Of a DNA stretch of 64,000 nt, positions 26,356-40,077 are shown piece by piece. Both the position numbers and the translations under genes were made by a program. The first letter of the stretch is position 1. Every line of letters begins with the position of its first letter. The DNA is taken from the NCBI RefSeq assembly GCF_009914755.1, contig NC_060938.1; one strand, 5' to 3'. Under the pieces are notes generated by a model. It was not told the origin of the DNA. It saw only the letters and a program-made list of their open reading frames with translations, and made no database searches. The DNA is from the human T2T-CHM13v2.0 reference genome, Homo sapiens.

Positions 26356-28648
26356 GCAACACACTACCTGATTTTATACTATACTGCAAAGCTATAGTAA
26401 TCAAAACAGTATGTTACTGGCATGAAAACCGATGCACAGATCAATGGAATGGAGCAGAGAGCCCAGAAATAAATTCACACCATTATGGTCAATTGATCTT
26501 TAACAAAGGTGCCATAAACAAACAATGGAGAAAGGACAGTCTCTTCAATAAACGTTGGGAAAACTGAATATCCACAGGCAAAATGATAAAATTGGACCCT
26601 ACTTTACACCATGAAAAAAAGTGAACTCAAAATGGGTTATTAAAGACTTAACTATAAGGACTTCAGGTGTAAAACTACTAGTAAAAAATCACAGGGAAAA
26701 AGCTTCTTGACACTGACCTAGGTGTTGATTTTTTTAGATATGACCCTAAAGGCACAGGCAACAAAAACAAAAAGAGACAAATGGAATTGCACCAAACCAA
26801 AAAGCTACTGCACAGCAAAGGAAACAATCACCAGAGTGAAGTGTGATGAAAGTATTTGCGAACGATGTATCTGATAATGGGTCAATATTCAAAATATATA
26901 GGAAACTCAAACAGCTCATTTAAAAAATGAATTCTAATAACCCAATTAAAAAATGAGCAAAGAACCTAAGCACACTTTTTTAACAGAAGACAAATGTCCA
27001 ATATGTATATGAAAAAATGCTCAATCTCACTTATCATCAGGGAAGTGCAAATAGAAACTTAAATCATGTATTACATCACACCCATTAGAATAGTTGACAT
27101 CAAAAAGATGAAAGATACTATGTGTTAGTGAAGATGTGAAGAAAAAGGCACCTTTGCACACTGTTGGTGGGATGGTAAATTGGTATAGCCATTATGCAAA
27201 ACAGCGTGGAGGTTCCTAAAAGAAATATTAAAAATAGAACTATTGTATGGCTTAGCAATTTCACTTCTGGCTATGTATTCAAAGGCAATGAAATTACTAT
27301 GCTGAAAAGATGTCCACTCTCCTATGTTTATTGTAGCATTATTGACAATGGCCAAGTAATGAAATAAAAATAAATGGTCATTGACAAATAAATGGCTAAC
27401 GTAATGTATTTGTGTATTTATCACAAGAGAATGGAAAATTATTCAGCTTTCATAAAGAAGGAAATTCTGTCATTTGTAACAACATGGATGAATTTGGAGG
27501 ACATTAAGTTAAGTGAAATATATGAGACACAGAAATACAAATACTACATGATCTCATTTATAAGCAGAATCTAAAAAATGTTAAACTCATAGAAGCGGAG
27601 AGTATAATGGTTTTTACCAGAGGCTAGAAGGAAATAGGAAGATATTGGTTAAAGAATAGAAAGTTTCATTTATACAGGATGAGTACACTTTGGAAATCTA
27701 ACGTATAGCATTGATATGGTTTGACTCTGTGTCTTAACTTTGAAGTGTGAAACACATTTGATGCATTGTTTTGCTGGCCCAGGAAATCCATTTTCACAGA
27801 GTCTTGGTGCCCTTCCTCAATATTCCTCAAAATTTTTTCTTTACAACTGTTCTAGATCAATACACATGCTCAATGTGGCCCTAAAGTGAGTTTTTCTCTC
27901 TGTTCCCCATTATGTATTCCACTCCATGAGATCAAGGACTACGCCTTAATCATCATTACATTCTTGGAACATAAGAATTAATAAATGAAAAAAATGGAAA
28001 ATCCTTTTTTAGTTGCTGAAACTAGAGGGCTTTTTTGTCTTAGACTATGAGATAGGTTTTCCCAAAGAGTGCTGGCCACACATTAGATTTCCTAGATACA
28101 AAATCATCATTCCTGGATGCCTATACAAAAAATCTTCCCTGCTAAAGGGTGGCTCCGAGGGTTGATTTTTCCTGTAGACCAGTCATCTGTTCAGAAGCAC
28201 ATACAAATGTGGAATGCTTTTTTCCTTCATGATTTCAGAGGTTGCATTGTAACATTCTACAATCAGTAATTTTCAAGGATTTATAAATGAACTTGCTTAC
28301 AATAAAACTAAGCAAGGTTGACAGTGAATCTAGTCATATAAGTGAGACATTAACTCTTCATTTTTTTCTTCGAGTTTTACATTTAAATAAAGAGAAATAT
28401 ATGCCAGTGACATATTAAGTTGGAGCCACCATGAAATATTATATATTCATACATTTAGCAAATATTCTGTGACAGTGTATTATGTACCACATAATCTTCC
28501 AGGAGGTTTGGGTACACAGCAATAAAAAGGATAAACTGCTGTTTTGTCAAGAAAGCAAAACAATGGAAACTTTAGCTATTATATTTTTTGTTTAAATTGA
28601 GAGATATTATTTGTTATGGCCTACAATCACAAACTACAAAATGTATTA

Positions 28649-28984
28649 CAGGTTGGCTATTTCTTACTTGAAATGCTTGGGAGCAGAAATGTTTTGGATT
28701 TTGGAATGCTTTGGATTTAGGAATATTTGTGCATACATAATGAGATAAATTAGGGATAAGTCCAAGTCTAAACACAAAATTCATTCATATACGCCTTATA
28801 CACATAGCCTGAAGTTAATTTCATAAAATATTTTCAAATAATTTTTACATGAAACAAAATTAATAATTGTGTACATGAGGACAAGTGTGGAATTTTTCAC
28901 TTGTGTTATCAGGCTGGTGCTCAAAAATTTCAGATTTTGGAGCATTTCAGATTACCTATTTTCAAATTAGGGATGCTTAGCCTG
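28649..28984. mobile_element. Tigger4/MER46-type non-autonomous DNA transposon
   Basis: Degenerate TIRs caggttggctatttcttacttgaaat / attttcaaattagggatgcttagcctg, with TA on both sides. Confidence 0.85.
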
Positions 28985-29730
28985 TATTTTAAATAAATAC
29001 ACAATAAAATAAAAACATTAAATGTCTTCAACTATTTTTTCTTATTGTAAGCATCATAATACATAAACTAACAGAATTTTCAGTGAACAAGGTACTGATT
29101 TTTTAAATGACATTGTAAAAAAGATGAGATTCAAGAAGTTTGGAAGTATCCAAGAAATAGAAATGTAGGTCACTATGTTCTTTGGTATCAGAGAAGTAAT
29201 AAAAGCATCAAAATATTTTTTATCCTGTAGCGTACAATATTTCCACATGAACCACTGCAAAAACAATTACAGTTCAGTAAGAAAAGAAAAAAGGCAAGAT
29301 AAGAAAAATAAATTGGTCATAGCTATACATTTTGCAAGGTAATTATCATATTTAAAAAATAGTATCCTAGGGCAACACTACTAAAGCAAATCGCTACTAA
29401 AACATCTTTGGTATCTCAAAATCGAATCTCTGCTCCACTTTAAATTTATATGTAGTGCAGTGACTCCACAGTGAATTTTCTTGTGCTGTGCAGCATAGTA
29501 ATTCCTGGGCTATGCATTAAATAGCGCACTAATGAATTTCACACGGATGCCATCACTTTTCCTTAGAGCATCAGTTTCCTGTTTGATATCGTTAAGTTTC
29601 TTCTAGAGTGTTGTCATGTCAGTAATATTTGATGGCACAAGTTTATTTCGTTATAAAAAAAAAAAACTGTGTCCCTCTCAAAGACAACTGTATTCGTATA
29701 AAAATAGCATTTCACTTTAGGTCTTTCTAC

Positions 29731-29958
29731 TTTCCTTTTCCCTTTTCTCCTTTCATATTTCCTCTTTCTCTCCTTTTTTTCCTTCCTTCCTCCCTACCTT
29801 CTCTCCCTCCCTCCTTCCTTCTCTCCCTCCCTCCTTCCTTCTCTTTTTCTCTTTTTTTTCTTTCTCTCATTCTTTCCCTTCCTTCCTTCCTTGTCTCTCT
29901 TTGTCTCTCCTTGACTTCTGTCCTGCTTTTCCTGCACTTCTTTTTTCTTTTTCTTTTT
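29731..29958. repeat. Polypyrimidine (CT/CCTT/CCCT) low-complexity tract
   Basis: Read directly. Confidence 0.9.
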
Positions 29959-30395
29959 AAAATAGGGACATTTCAATTATCACCCTTATTCATCACTATC
30001 TTGTTTTTATTCATTTATTTCACTTATGGCTTCAGTTTATTACAATTTGCCTCCAAAGAATGTCTACTTTTGCTTGTCTATTGTTATATTACTATACACC
30101 TCTATGTCTACACCTGATAATTTTTTACTCTAATTTTTAGTCTGTTTTTGCAGGAAACAAAGCATCTTTTATGCCTCCAACCTTCTCTGCAATATATAAA
30201 ATATTAGAGAAAAGAAGTAGCATGTGGAGGTAGAGACTAGTTTCATCAACATAAGAATAACTACAATAGGAATAAATTATCTACCATAGGATATCTTCTC
30301 TATATAGTAGAAAGTACTTGAGGACAAGAAAGGAACAAGAAAAGAGGGAAAATAAGGAAGAACAGGAAAAGTGGAGGATATTCAAGGAAATAACA

Positions 30396-30822
30396 TGTAT
30401 TAATCTGTTTTATGTTGCTATAAAGGAATACCTGAGGCTGGGTAATATATAATAAATAAATATAATAAATAAATAAAATATAAAGAAAAGAGCTTTATTT
30501 GGCTCATGGTTCTGTATGCTGTACAAGCATGGCACCTACATCTGCTAGGCTTCTGGTGAGACCTCAAAAAGCTTTTACTCATGGCAGAAAGTGAAGAGAG
30601 ATTGAACATGTCACACAGTGAGAGAGGGAGCAAGAAAGGGAAGGAGGTGCCAGGCTCCTTTTAACAACCAGCTTTCAAGTGAACCAACAGAGTGAGAACT
30701 ACTCATTCCCATGGGGAAGACACCAAGCCATTCATGAGGGATCCACCCTCAGGTCCCACCTTCAACATCTGGGGTCATATTTCAACATGAGATTTGCGGG
30801 GACAAATATCCAAACCATATTA
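30396..30822 (-). mobile_element. MST (B-type) MaLR solo LTR
   Basis: tgtattaatctgttttatgttgctataaaggaatacctgaggctgggtaat ... gggacaaatatccaaaccatat. Confidence 0.9.
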
Positions 30823-30904
30823 GAAAGACTGGAAATTTTTGTTTCACGTGTTTTCCTTCTTGAAACAGTAACTAAGCCTTACTGTTCTAAGGCCAGGTTC
30901 TTCT

Positions 30905-31210
<306 letters not shown>

Positions 31211-31713
31211 AAGGCCAGGTTCTTCTAACCACTCTGGGATAATAAGCCATGAAGGACATCCCCCAACCACAGCTTTGGCCTTTGAGTTTTAAGATTAACT
31301 GTGTTCAATATTTAAATTTGCATATCAGATAGAAGGCAAAAAGAGAAGCTGGTGCATCCAGTGCAAGAGGAGTGGTCAGCCCCTACTGGAGGATTCCTTA
31401 AAGTGGACACCAGCTGATTCCAAGAGTGGGATGGGCATCCCATAATTCTGCCATGGGCAGGAACTAAGACACCATGACAAATGGCTCCAAAGATGGGCCT
31501 CTCACATGGGGAGAGGATGTGTGGATGCACACGGAAGCAGGTCATAAAGCCCAGTGACCTTGGGGCCTCTGTAAGGAGCAGGCAGGGAGAACAGTGACTG
31601 ACAGATGGAGAATACTCTTCAATGGCAGAAACAGTACTACTGACAACAGCAACCACTTAAGCCTAATGCTAAACCCTTCCAGACTGAATAAGATTCTGAC
31701 ATTTCATATACCT

Positions 31714-32300
31714 TGTGGTAAGCAGAGAAATGTCCCTCTCCCCAGAGATGCCCATGTGCTCATCCCTGATAGCTGGAAATATGCTACATTATGTTACATA
31801 GCATAGGGGAATTAAAGTTGCTGACAGAATTAAAGATTGCTAACAAACTGAATTAAAATAGAGAAATTATCCTGTATTATTCACATGGGCTCAATGTAAT
31901 TATAAGATTCCCTAAAAATAGAAGAGGGAGGCAGAAGAGTAAGTGAGGTGATAGGATGTGAAAAGAACTCAAGTCACCATTGCTGATTTTGAAAATGGAG
32001 AAAAGAGGCTATTCTATGATCCAAGGAATGCCGGCAGTCTCTAAAAGCTGGAAAAGGCAAGGAAATGGATTCCCCTGTTCCTTCCATAAGGAAATGCAGC
32101 CCTGCCAACACCTTGATTTTAGTCCTGTGAAACCTGTGTTGGGCATCTGACCTACAGAACTATAATATATAAATATATATATATACACACACACACATAT
32201 ATATATACACACATACATATACATATATATATATATATTTGCTGTTTTGTGCTATGAAGTTTGTGGTAATTTTTTACAGCAGAAATAGAAAACTAATACA
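31714..32300 (+). mobile_element. MLT1D-like MaLR solo LTR containing a (TA)n/(CA)n expansion
   Basis: tgtggtaagcag ... agctggaaaaggcaaggaaatggattc ... gaaaactaataca; 5-bp TSD tacct / cacct. Confidence 0.88.
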
Positions 32301-34611
32301 CACCTCAGAAAGAAAAATGATGCAGAAAATTTACTGTTAGCTTTCACTGTCAAATTAGCAATAGTACACGTGTACAAGTATGAATGAGTAAATACACATC
32401 TATTCCATAAATAGTTATGGAAAACCGTTTCCCCATATGTAAAAGCCCCACTTAATATTGAATCACACTAATATACCTCCTTAGGACTCTTACCTTGAAT
32501 GTTTAAATATGTGGGTACATCTAACCAAGAAAAAAATTTCCATGGCAAATAAAAGTCTTGGTGCATATGTATTCTGAAAGGAATCTCAATAGAAGTTAAA
32601 TCTCCCAAAGCTGAGGCTCCTTATAATGAAACAAGGAGAGAGATCAGCCTGACTTTCCTCGCCATGGCTGACATCAGGACTAACCCCAGTCAAGCCTGCA
32701 AGTAGCCTTTGGGGAGTCATTTTATTGCTCAGCTGTCAACTGCAGAGAGCTGAGCGACATCCTGTAAATCCTATATAATGAAGAGATTTTGTTCCAGAGG
32801 GTAGCTATTACATGGACAAGAACTATGGACATCCTATGTTTATACTGGAGGTCAAATTCTCAACAAGTAAAGCTTTTAGTTACTACCCTTCCAAGCATAA
32901 AAGAAAAGTGAAATAGTCTGCACTTCCGCACAATATGTCTTTCCTTCCTGTCAGGCCTCTGCCTAAAATACAGCCTAGTGACTGACGTTAAAGTACATCC
33001 AGGTGCTATTGCTGGCAGAGGGCTAAAGGTAATAAAGAAAGTTCCACAGTTCCACCTGGAGCAGAGCTGCTGGGCAGCACATGGAGAGTGATTCCAGCGG
33101 ATCCTGGCTTGTGCTCCTTTATCTTACGTACAACATAGTACTTCATGAGCCAAAAATGTGAGAAATATTTGCTTAGGTCTGAGTATATGCACCTATAAAT
33201 GGATGCTTAAGAAAAACATATCTCTGTGATAGGAGAAAAATTGGTTGTGATATATATGGATGGAATATTTATAACGTACTATATACTATTTCACTTACAT
33301 TTTACTTTTCTATAAAAACTATTTTAACATATATCTCACCAAATTATATTTTATGTTTCACTTTTATCAAACTTGATGGCTGATGGAATCACACCCTCAA
33401 GAGCTATGAGGGGCCATTCAGTGTCATTAAGAGGCATCACTTTGCTGACTCACTCCAGCAAGAACATTCGAACTATTTTCTCAAAAATTGAGAGTTCACA
33501 GAATGTTTTGCTTTGCAAGGAAGAAGTAGAAGCTTTCCACTCCCAGAGAAAATTAATATTTTTAACCATCCTTACATAGAACAAAAATACTTTACTATTT
33601 TAACTGAATACTACATAATGACCAAAGTTTGGGTACTCCATTATGTATCGTTTATGAGTCCACATGGGGCCCTGAAGGCCAATTCCAATTACATGCAAGG
33701 GAGGTCTAACCTTGCAGACTCTGTTAACTCAGCAGCCTTCCTTAGTGGCCTCAAGGGTTCACCAATCTATGTACTCTTCTTATCAAAGCTTGCATCAACA
33801 TAACAGTTATTACGCTGTACCATTGGGGGCAATTTCTTTTTATTTGAAAATTTTCTTTCAGGTGACTAGGGAATGAAAAATTTGTTGACATATTCACAAG
33901 GAACATATATAATAGAAATTGCTCAATATGGGATTGCATTTAGAAATACATTATTTAATGAGGAAGGTTTAACCTTCAAGGTACAGTAAAATTAAATGTC
34001 TATAGTCGTCATTTTTTATTAGTACAATTTAGACAAACATGAAATCTGTAAACCTCTGAAAATATAATATATAACTAATTATACTACAAACAACAACCCC
34101 AGTGAATTATTATAGAAAGTAACTCATGACATAAAAGAAAATATATTGTTTCAGAGGAAATAGATTTCTAGTGATACAATCAAAGGCCAATAAATCTTTT
34201 TATGCACATACATAAAGAGTAATACTTTTCAGTATTTTTGTTGTTATTCAATGTTATAGAAAAGGCAATTATATTTCAGTTTTTAAAATATATCTAAATA
34301 ATATTTAGGTACATTTGGAAAAGTAAAAACTTTTAATTCACTTACCATTATAGAAAAAAGCAGAGACATGCAGATTGCCAAAGGAAACAAACCAGCGGAA
34401 TTCTTTCTTTTGTCCAGAGAGGCATTGTATGAAGTAAAGAGTGGGGGGGAAAAGCCTAACAAATATATTGATAATAATAATGGGTATATAAAAAATAGAC
34501 AAGTAAATAAACAAGCACAATAATGTCTTGCCAACTATGGCTTCCCACATCTCGGAAAATTAAATATACTTGGAATCATTACATATAATCTTTTCGTCCC
34601 CAAGATAGGTT

Positions 34612-35155
34612 TTTTACAGAGGGTAGCTAGTCAAGTATAAGCAGGGCAGGAGAGATCTCCCTCGACACACACACACCAGGAGTGTTGGGCGACCATCAGG
34701 TGATGCTCAGGAGGTTGTTAACGGTTTCTCTAAGGTAATAATTGGTCTCAGCTGGCGCCAGGGCGAGGCAGTCTCCTAAATAGAAAACACCTGAAACTGA
34801 TCAGCAGCGTCTCAGTAAAATCTTAGGAGTGGGGAGAAGTAATGCAAGATCCTGGAAGTAGGTCAATGTATAAAACCCCAAGTCGAGCTGTCAGGCTGCA
34901 CACTTGGTTTCTCAAGTCATCCGCTTGGCCCTCTTCCAAGTTGTACTTTCCTTCTTTCCTTTCCTTTCCTTGCTGTTCTAAAGCTTTTTAATAAACTTTC
35001 ACTCCTGCTCTGAAACTTGCCTCTGTCTGTCCTTCTGCCTTATGCCCCTCAGTCAAATTCTTTCTTCTCAGGAGGCGAGAAATGAAATTGCTGCAGACCC
35101 AAACAGATACACCACCGGTAACTCGGGGTAACTCGGATTCCTGCCAGCAGTATGA
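34612..35155 (+). mobile_element. ERV1 solo LTR, MER50-like
   Basis: ggcgaccatcaggtgatg, gtataaaaccccaagtc (TATA 34869-34875), ccgcttggccctcttccaag, aataaa at 34990-34995, ttgctgcagaccc. Confidence 0.8.
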
Positions 35156-35412
35156 GTTTTAGTCTCAATTTTTGGAAAAAAAAAAAAAAAAGGCTGAGAT
35201 ACTTCATTAACTTACTGAGGACTTAATATAATCTATTAGAAAGTTACACTGTGTACATGTTTATAGTAGATTTGTTTTTCCTATATGAGTATCAGGAAAA
35301 AAAAAAACATGGTTGGGAATCACCCTCGTGCTTAAATTTAGTGTAGACGGACTGGAGTGGGCACAGAGACACTTCCCATGGAAAGGCCTTGCTTCCCTTG
35401 ATAGAGGACTGA

Positions 35413-35871
<459 letters not shown>

Positions 35872-37419
35872 TGATGGAGAGTAGACTTTCAACCAATCTG
35901 GGTACATTAGTGCTTATACCAAATAAATGTAAGAAAATTAAGAAGTGTGTCATTATTTACACTTCAAGGCAAAAGAAAAATCAATTCTTACCTCTTGTAC
36001 TGCTTGTGCTTCTTAATTTCCCTCTGGAGGGCTCCAGCCAGACAGTTGTCTAGTACAGACACTGCTCAATGTCTCAAATCATCTTTTTCATTCTATATAA
36101 CAATATTCCTCTTCCTTTCTCTTGTTCATAACAGGCAGAATTTTTTAGCAAAATTTTATAAAAACCTCTTAGTTAAAAGTTTATTTACTTTTTTGTCATT
36201 TTACTAGTTTGAAGATAGGGAAAAAAGGTGTCTTTGTTAATAATAGAAGTGACATATTTGGAGCAGGTTTTAAAATATAAAAAGATGATGTACCTAGCTC
36301 ATAGTTTGCAAGGTAGGGGAAATTACTTCCAAGCAGTTTGAAGGGAAATTGACATTTTGGAGAAACATGATCTAGAAAAGAAACAGAAAAGACATCACGT
36401 CCTCCTATCATGTCTTCCCTCAGTGTGATTTTATTTTGTTATTCTCCATCCCCGCTTATATGTACCCAAACACAGAAAAATCTGATCAAGGAGCAGGGGG
36501 ATTTGGAATTACCTGGGAGCCCTAGATTGGGCCTGGGGCTGAAAGAAGGGTAGCTCTGTAGAATTCACAGCTGTCATAAGAAAAGTAAAACTACTCCAGG
36601 TACAGATGGACCATCTTGACAAACTCTGAAAATAACGTATTAAAGTTTTTCTAAAACATTGCTGAAATAATATTAGAGTAATATTAAATTATAATATTGA
36701 AAGATATATGAATTTTATATGGAGACAATATGCAATGGAATCAGAATAAATGGTAATAAGGGATAATTACATTTAAGATATTCACTCTATTTCTGTTTAT
36801 TTTTTAACAACAAATTTGTACTTAAATCAGTCAGAATTTTTCTCAAGATAGAATAATTTACCCTACCAGCTAAAATAAATGAAGTATGTTTTCTTTTATA
36901 TATGAGGTTTGATGACTTTTTGACAAGGAGCTGCTTTTTCCTATCTGATTTTATATATGTATATATACATATATATGTATTATATATAGTAGATATATTT
37001 GTGTATGTATATATATAACAATTATAAATTTGTATGTATTTATACTTTAGTGCTATGCTTTATAGAATATTAAAAACAAGAAGACACTTGCAAAGGCAAA
37101 CATTTTAAATATATATATATAGGCACTTATATATATGCAAAAATATATATAGGCAATTTGATATCCCAATATTGGATTTAGAATATTATGCTAAGAAGCA
37201 TTGTGAATTGATGACATCATCTAAATTATTTAATTGACAATGGTATACTTTATGGAATATTAAAAATAAAAAGATACAGACATTATTTTACAAATGACAG
37301 ATTGTTCATAAAGGAGTGTAGGTTGTTTGTGGAAGAATAAGAGGAGATTGGAAAAGGCCTTTTCGTTTACAAGAACAACTGTAAAGTGTACATTACAGGG
37401 AGAATCTTGTTGGAATTAG

Positions 37420-37794
<375 letters not shown>

Positions 37795-38779
37795 TAGATG
37801 CCTATTTTGAGACATAAATCTGATTTTTACAATTGTATAAATATAAAGTTGTTACAATTTGGTTTTCATGCATGGGCCGGGGCAAGAGATATGAAGCATT
37901 AAGTTTCTTAATATTTTATCTTTGCAGGTCACAGCAGCCTACTGTTTTATCCCTAGGTGAGTGGCTATTTCTGTGTTTTATCAACAGTTTTCTAGTGTGT
38001 TGGCTGAATGTGCCAGACCTCAAAAAAATGACTATGGGCCCCAACAATCACAGGGGACTCGTAAGTTTTAACAAAGGCATAAGCACGAGGGTTGTATAAA
38101 TGGGGCTGAGGGTGGCTCAATCAACTTTGAAACACAAGTGTGGCCTCACAAAAGCCAACCACAAGAGGCTTGGCGAGTGAATGCCATCTAGACAGGCGTC
38201 AGCTAAAGGGGAGGACTTAGCAGGCTGAAGCAGCTTCAGAATGCAAATGACTGGTGTTTGACCATAAATCTATTACACAATAACAACCTTTTCCTGTTTC
38301 AACTACAGGGAATAGACTATACCATATATAACTTTTCACATATTAGAAGCAAAACATGTTTTTCTTCTTTTAAACTTTAAGACACCTGAATTTTGAGGAT
38401 ACTTCAGAATATGTAAGACAACTTAGCTTTAAACGATTAATTTTATGCCTTGCTAGGCATTTCTAGATTGGTTGTCTCCAAAATCCACCTTCAATTTAAG
38501 CCACAAAGAAAATTTTGAGCATGTGTCTTACCCACATGCTTACAAGTCAAAAGAAACTCAAATCAAAGAAATGAATAGGAAGTTTAAGGTCATACAGGTA
38601 TTGTAAATGAATTCAGCAATTGCCTGTTCCCTAAGGGAAAATGCTAAAGTGACTTCTGAAATTAATCCTCTACAGGGGAACAAAAAAGGGACATGTGAGA
38701 GGGGAGGCAGGAAATATAATATATTCAGTCCAGACCTGGATTTAATGCTAGATAAGAGTTCAGTAAGGTCTGTCTACAT

Positions 38780-38878
38780 TCTTTTGGATGTGGATATAGT
38801 TTTTTTCAATACCATTTTTTAAAAAGACTGTCCTTTTTCCTTTGAATGGTCTTGGCATTCTTGTCAAAAATCAGTTAA
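38780..38878 (-). mobile_element. Short antisense L1 ORF2 fragment
   Basis: gatgtggatatag ... ccattttt aaaaagactgtcc ... gtcttggcattcttgtcaaaaatcagtt. Confidence 0.6.
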
Positions 38879-38886
38879 TGAGAGTC

Positions 38887-39019
38887 AGGGCCATCTGTGT
38901 GAAATTTGCGTGTTCTCGTCATGTCTGTGTGGGTTTTCTCCAGGTATTCTGGTTTCCTTTCACTTCTCAAAGATGTGCATGTTAGGTTCAGTCTGAGTAA
39001 GAGTGAGTGTGTGTGTGGT

Positions 39020-39075
<56 letters not shown>

Positions 39076-39711
39076 CAGACACTGGGCCCTGTGATAGAAA
39101 AGTGTCCTGTCTGGGGTGAGTTCCTGCCTTGTGCCTTGAGCTCTGGGGATATGCTTTGGCCATCCATGACCCAGAACTGGAATAACTTAGTTAGAAAATG
39201 AATGACTGACTGAATGAAACAAATTATTGTAAAATAAAAATTTGTAAAATATATAATAATCATGTACAATAATAATGCACAACAATAAAGGATGTGTATG
39301 AAAGCGTTCAGTAAGCACACCATATTTGTTTTTGCTTCATTTTGAACTGCATAGTAGTAGGAGATGCTCCTCACAACTTTTGCTTTGCAAACATTTATTC
39401 CTTAATTTAAGTCAACAGCACTACAACCATCAGCACTCACTGATTCACCAAAGACTGGGTAAATAATTATCTTACTTGTTTTTATCCATCTTTCTTAAAT
39501 GTACGTATAACTCACACTTATTTCAATGTTTAACATTAGAAATGTTTTTGAGTCTTTTTGAGTTTGGTGATGTTTTTGTGACTAGAAATATGCTGTAAAA
39601 ACTTACCTCATTTATATCAATTAACCTATGGTAAAACTGGTTTTGTCATATCATTTCCTTTAAAGTTGCAGTTTCCAAGAACCTGTTGATGACTTAAGTG
39701 CAGACTTAGTG
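38887..39711 (+). mobile_element. MER6 (Tigger-class DNA transposon), 5' end missing
   Basis: tctgtgtgaaatttgcgtgttctcgtcatgtctgtgtgggttttctccaggtattctggtttcc ... gttgcagtttccaagaacctgttgatgacttaagtgcagacttagtg followed by TA. Confidence 0.85.
39007..39080. repeat. Compound (TG)n(AG)n microsatellite inside MER6
   Basis: Read directly. Confidence 0.92.
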
Positions 39712-40075
39712 TACACACACTGGAATACTATTCAGCTTCTTTGCTTCAACACAGATAAACCTGGAGGACATAATGCTAAATGAAATAGGCCAGAAACAGA
39801 AAGACACATAATGCATGTGCTCACTTACATGTGGAATCCAAAACAATGAACCTCATAGAAGCAGAAAGTAGAACGGTGGTTACCATAGGCTAAGGGATGG
39901 TGGGAATGGAAAGATGTTGTTCAAAGCTACAAAGTTAGAGTTAGAAAGGAGGAATAAATGATAACTATTTAAGGTGATAGGAATGATAAGTAGCTTGATT
40001 TCATTCAGCACTATCTACCTATATGGTAAAATCACTGTGTATCCCATAATTATATACAATTATAAGGTGTCAAAA
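39712..40075 (+). mobile_element. Old L1MA-type 3' end
   Basis: ggaatactattcagc ... aacctggaggacataatgctaaatgaaataggccag ... catagaagcagaaagtagaacggtggttacc. Confidence 0.8.
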
Positions 40076-40077
40076 AG

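Larger units (their letters stand above)
22410..27711 (+). mobile_element. Old rearranged LINE-1 (L1MA-type) with 5'UTR, partial ORF1, ORF2 and 3'UTR
   Basis: Pieces: about 22410-23617 (5'UTR with degenerate gacccaggctccagg array, then ORF1-like sequence), 23694-25055 (ORF2 endonuclease region), 25392-25982 (RT region, ctatttgcagataacatg), 26356-27711 (ORF2 end and L1MA-type 3'UTR). Confidence 0.85.

Noticed and set aside
29629-30117. 162-aa hydrophobic ORF
   Set aside because: Produced by the stop-poor CT-rich tract; low-complexity F/L/S/P composition
31312-31656. 114-aa minus-strand ORF in GC-richer sequence
   Set aside because: Non-ATG start, no recognisable domain and no convincing splice signals
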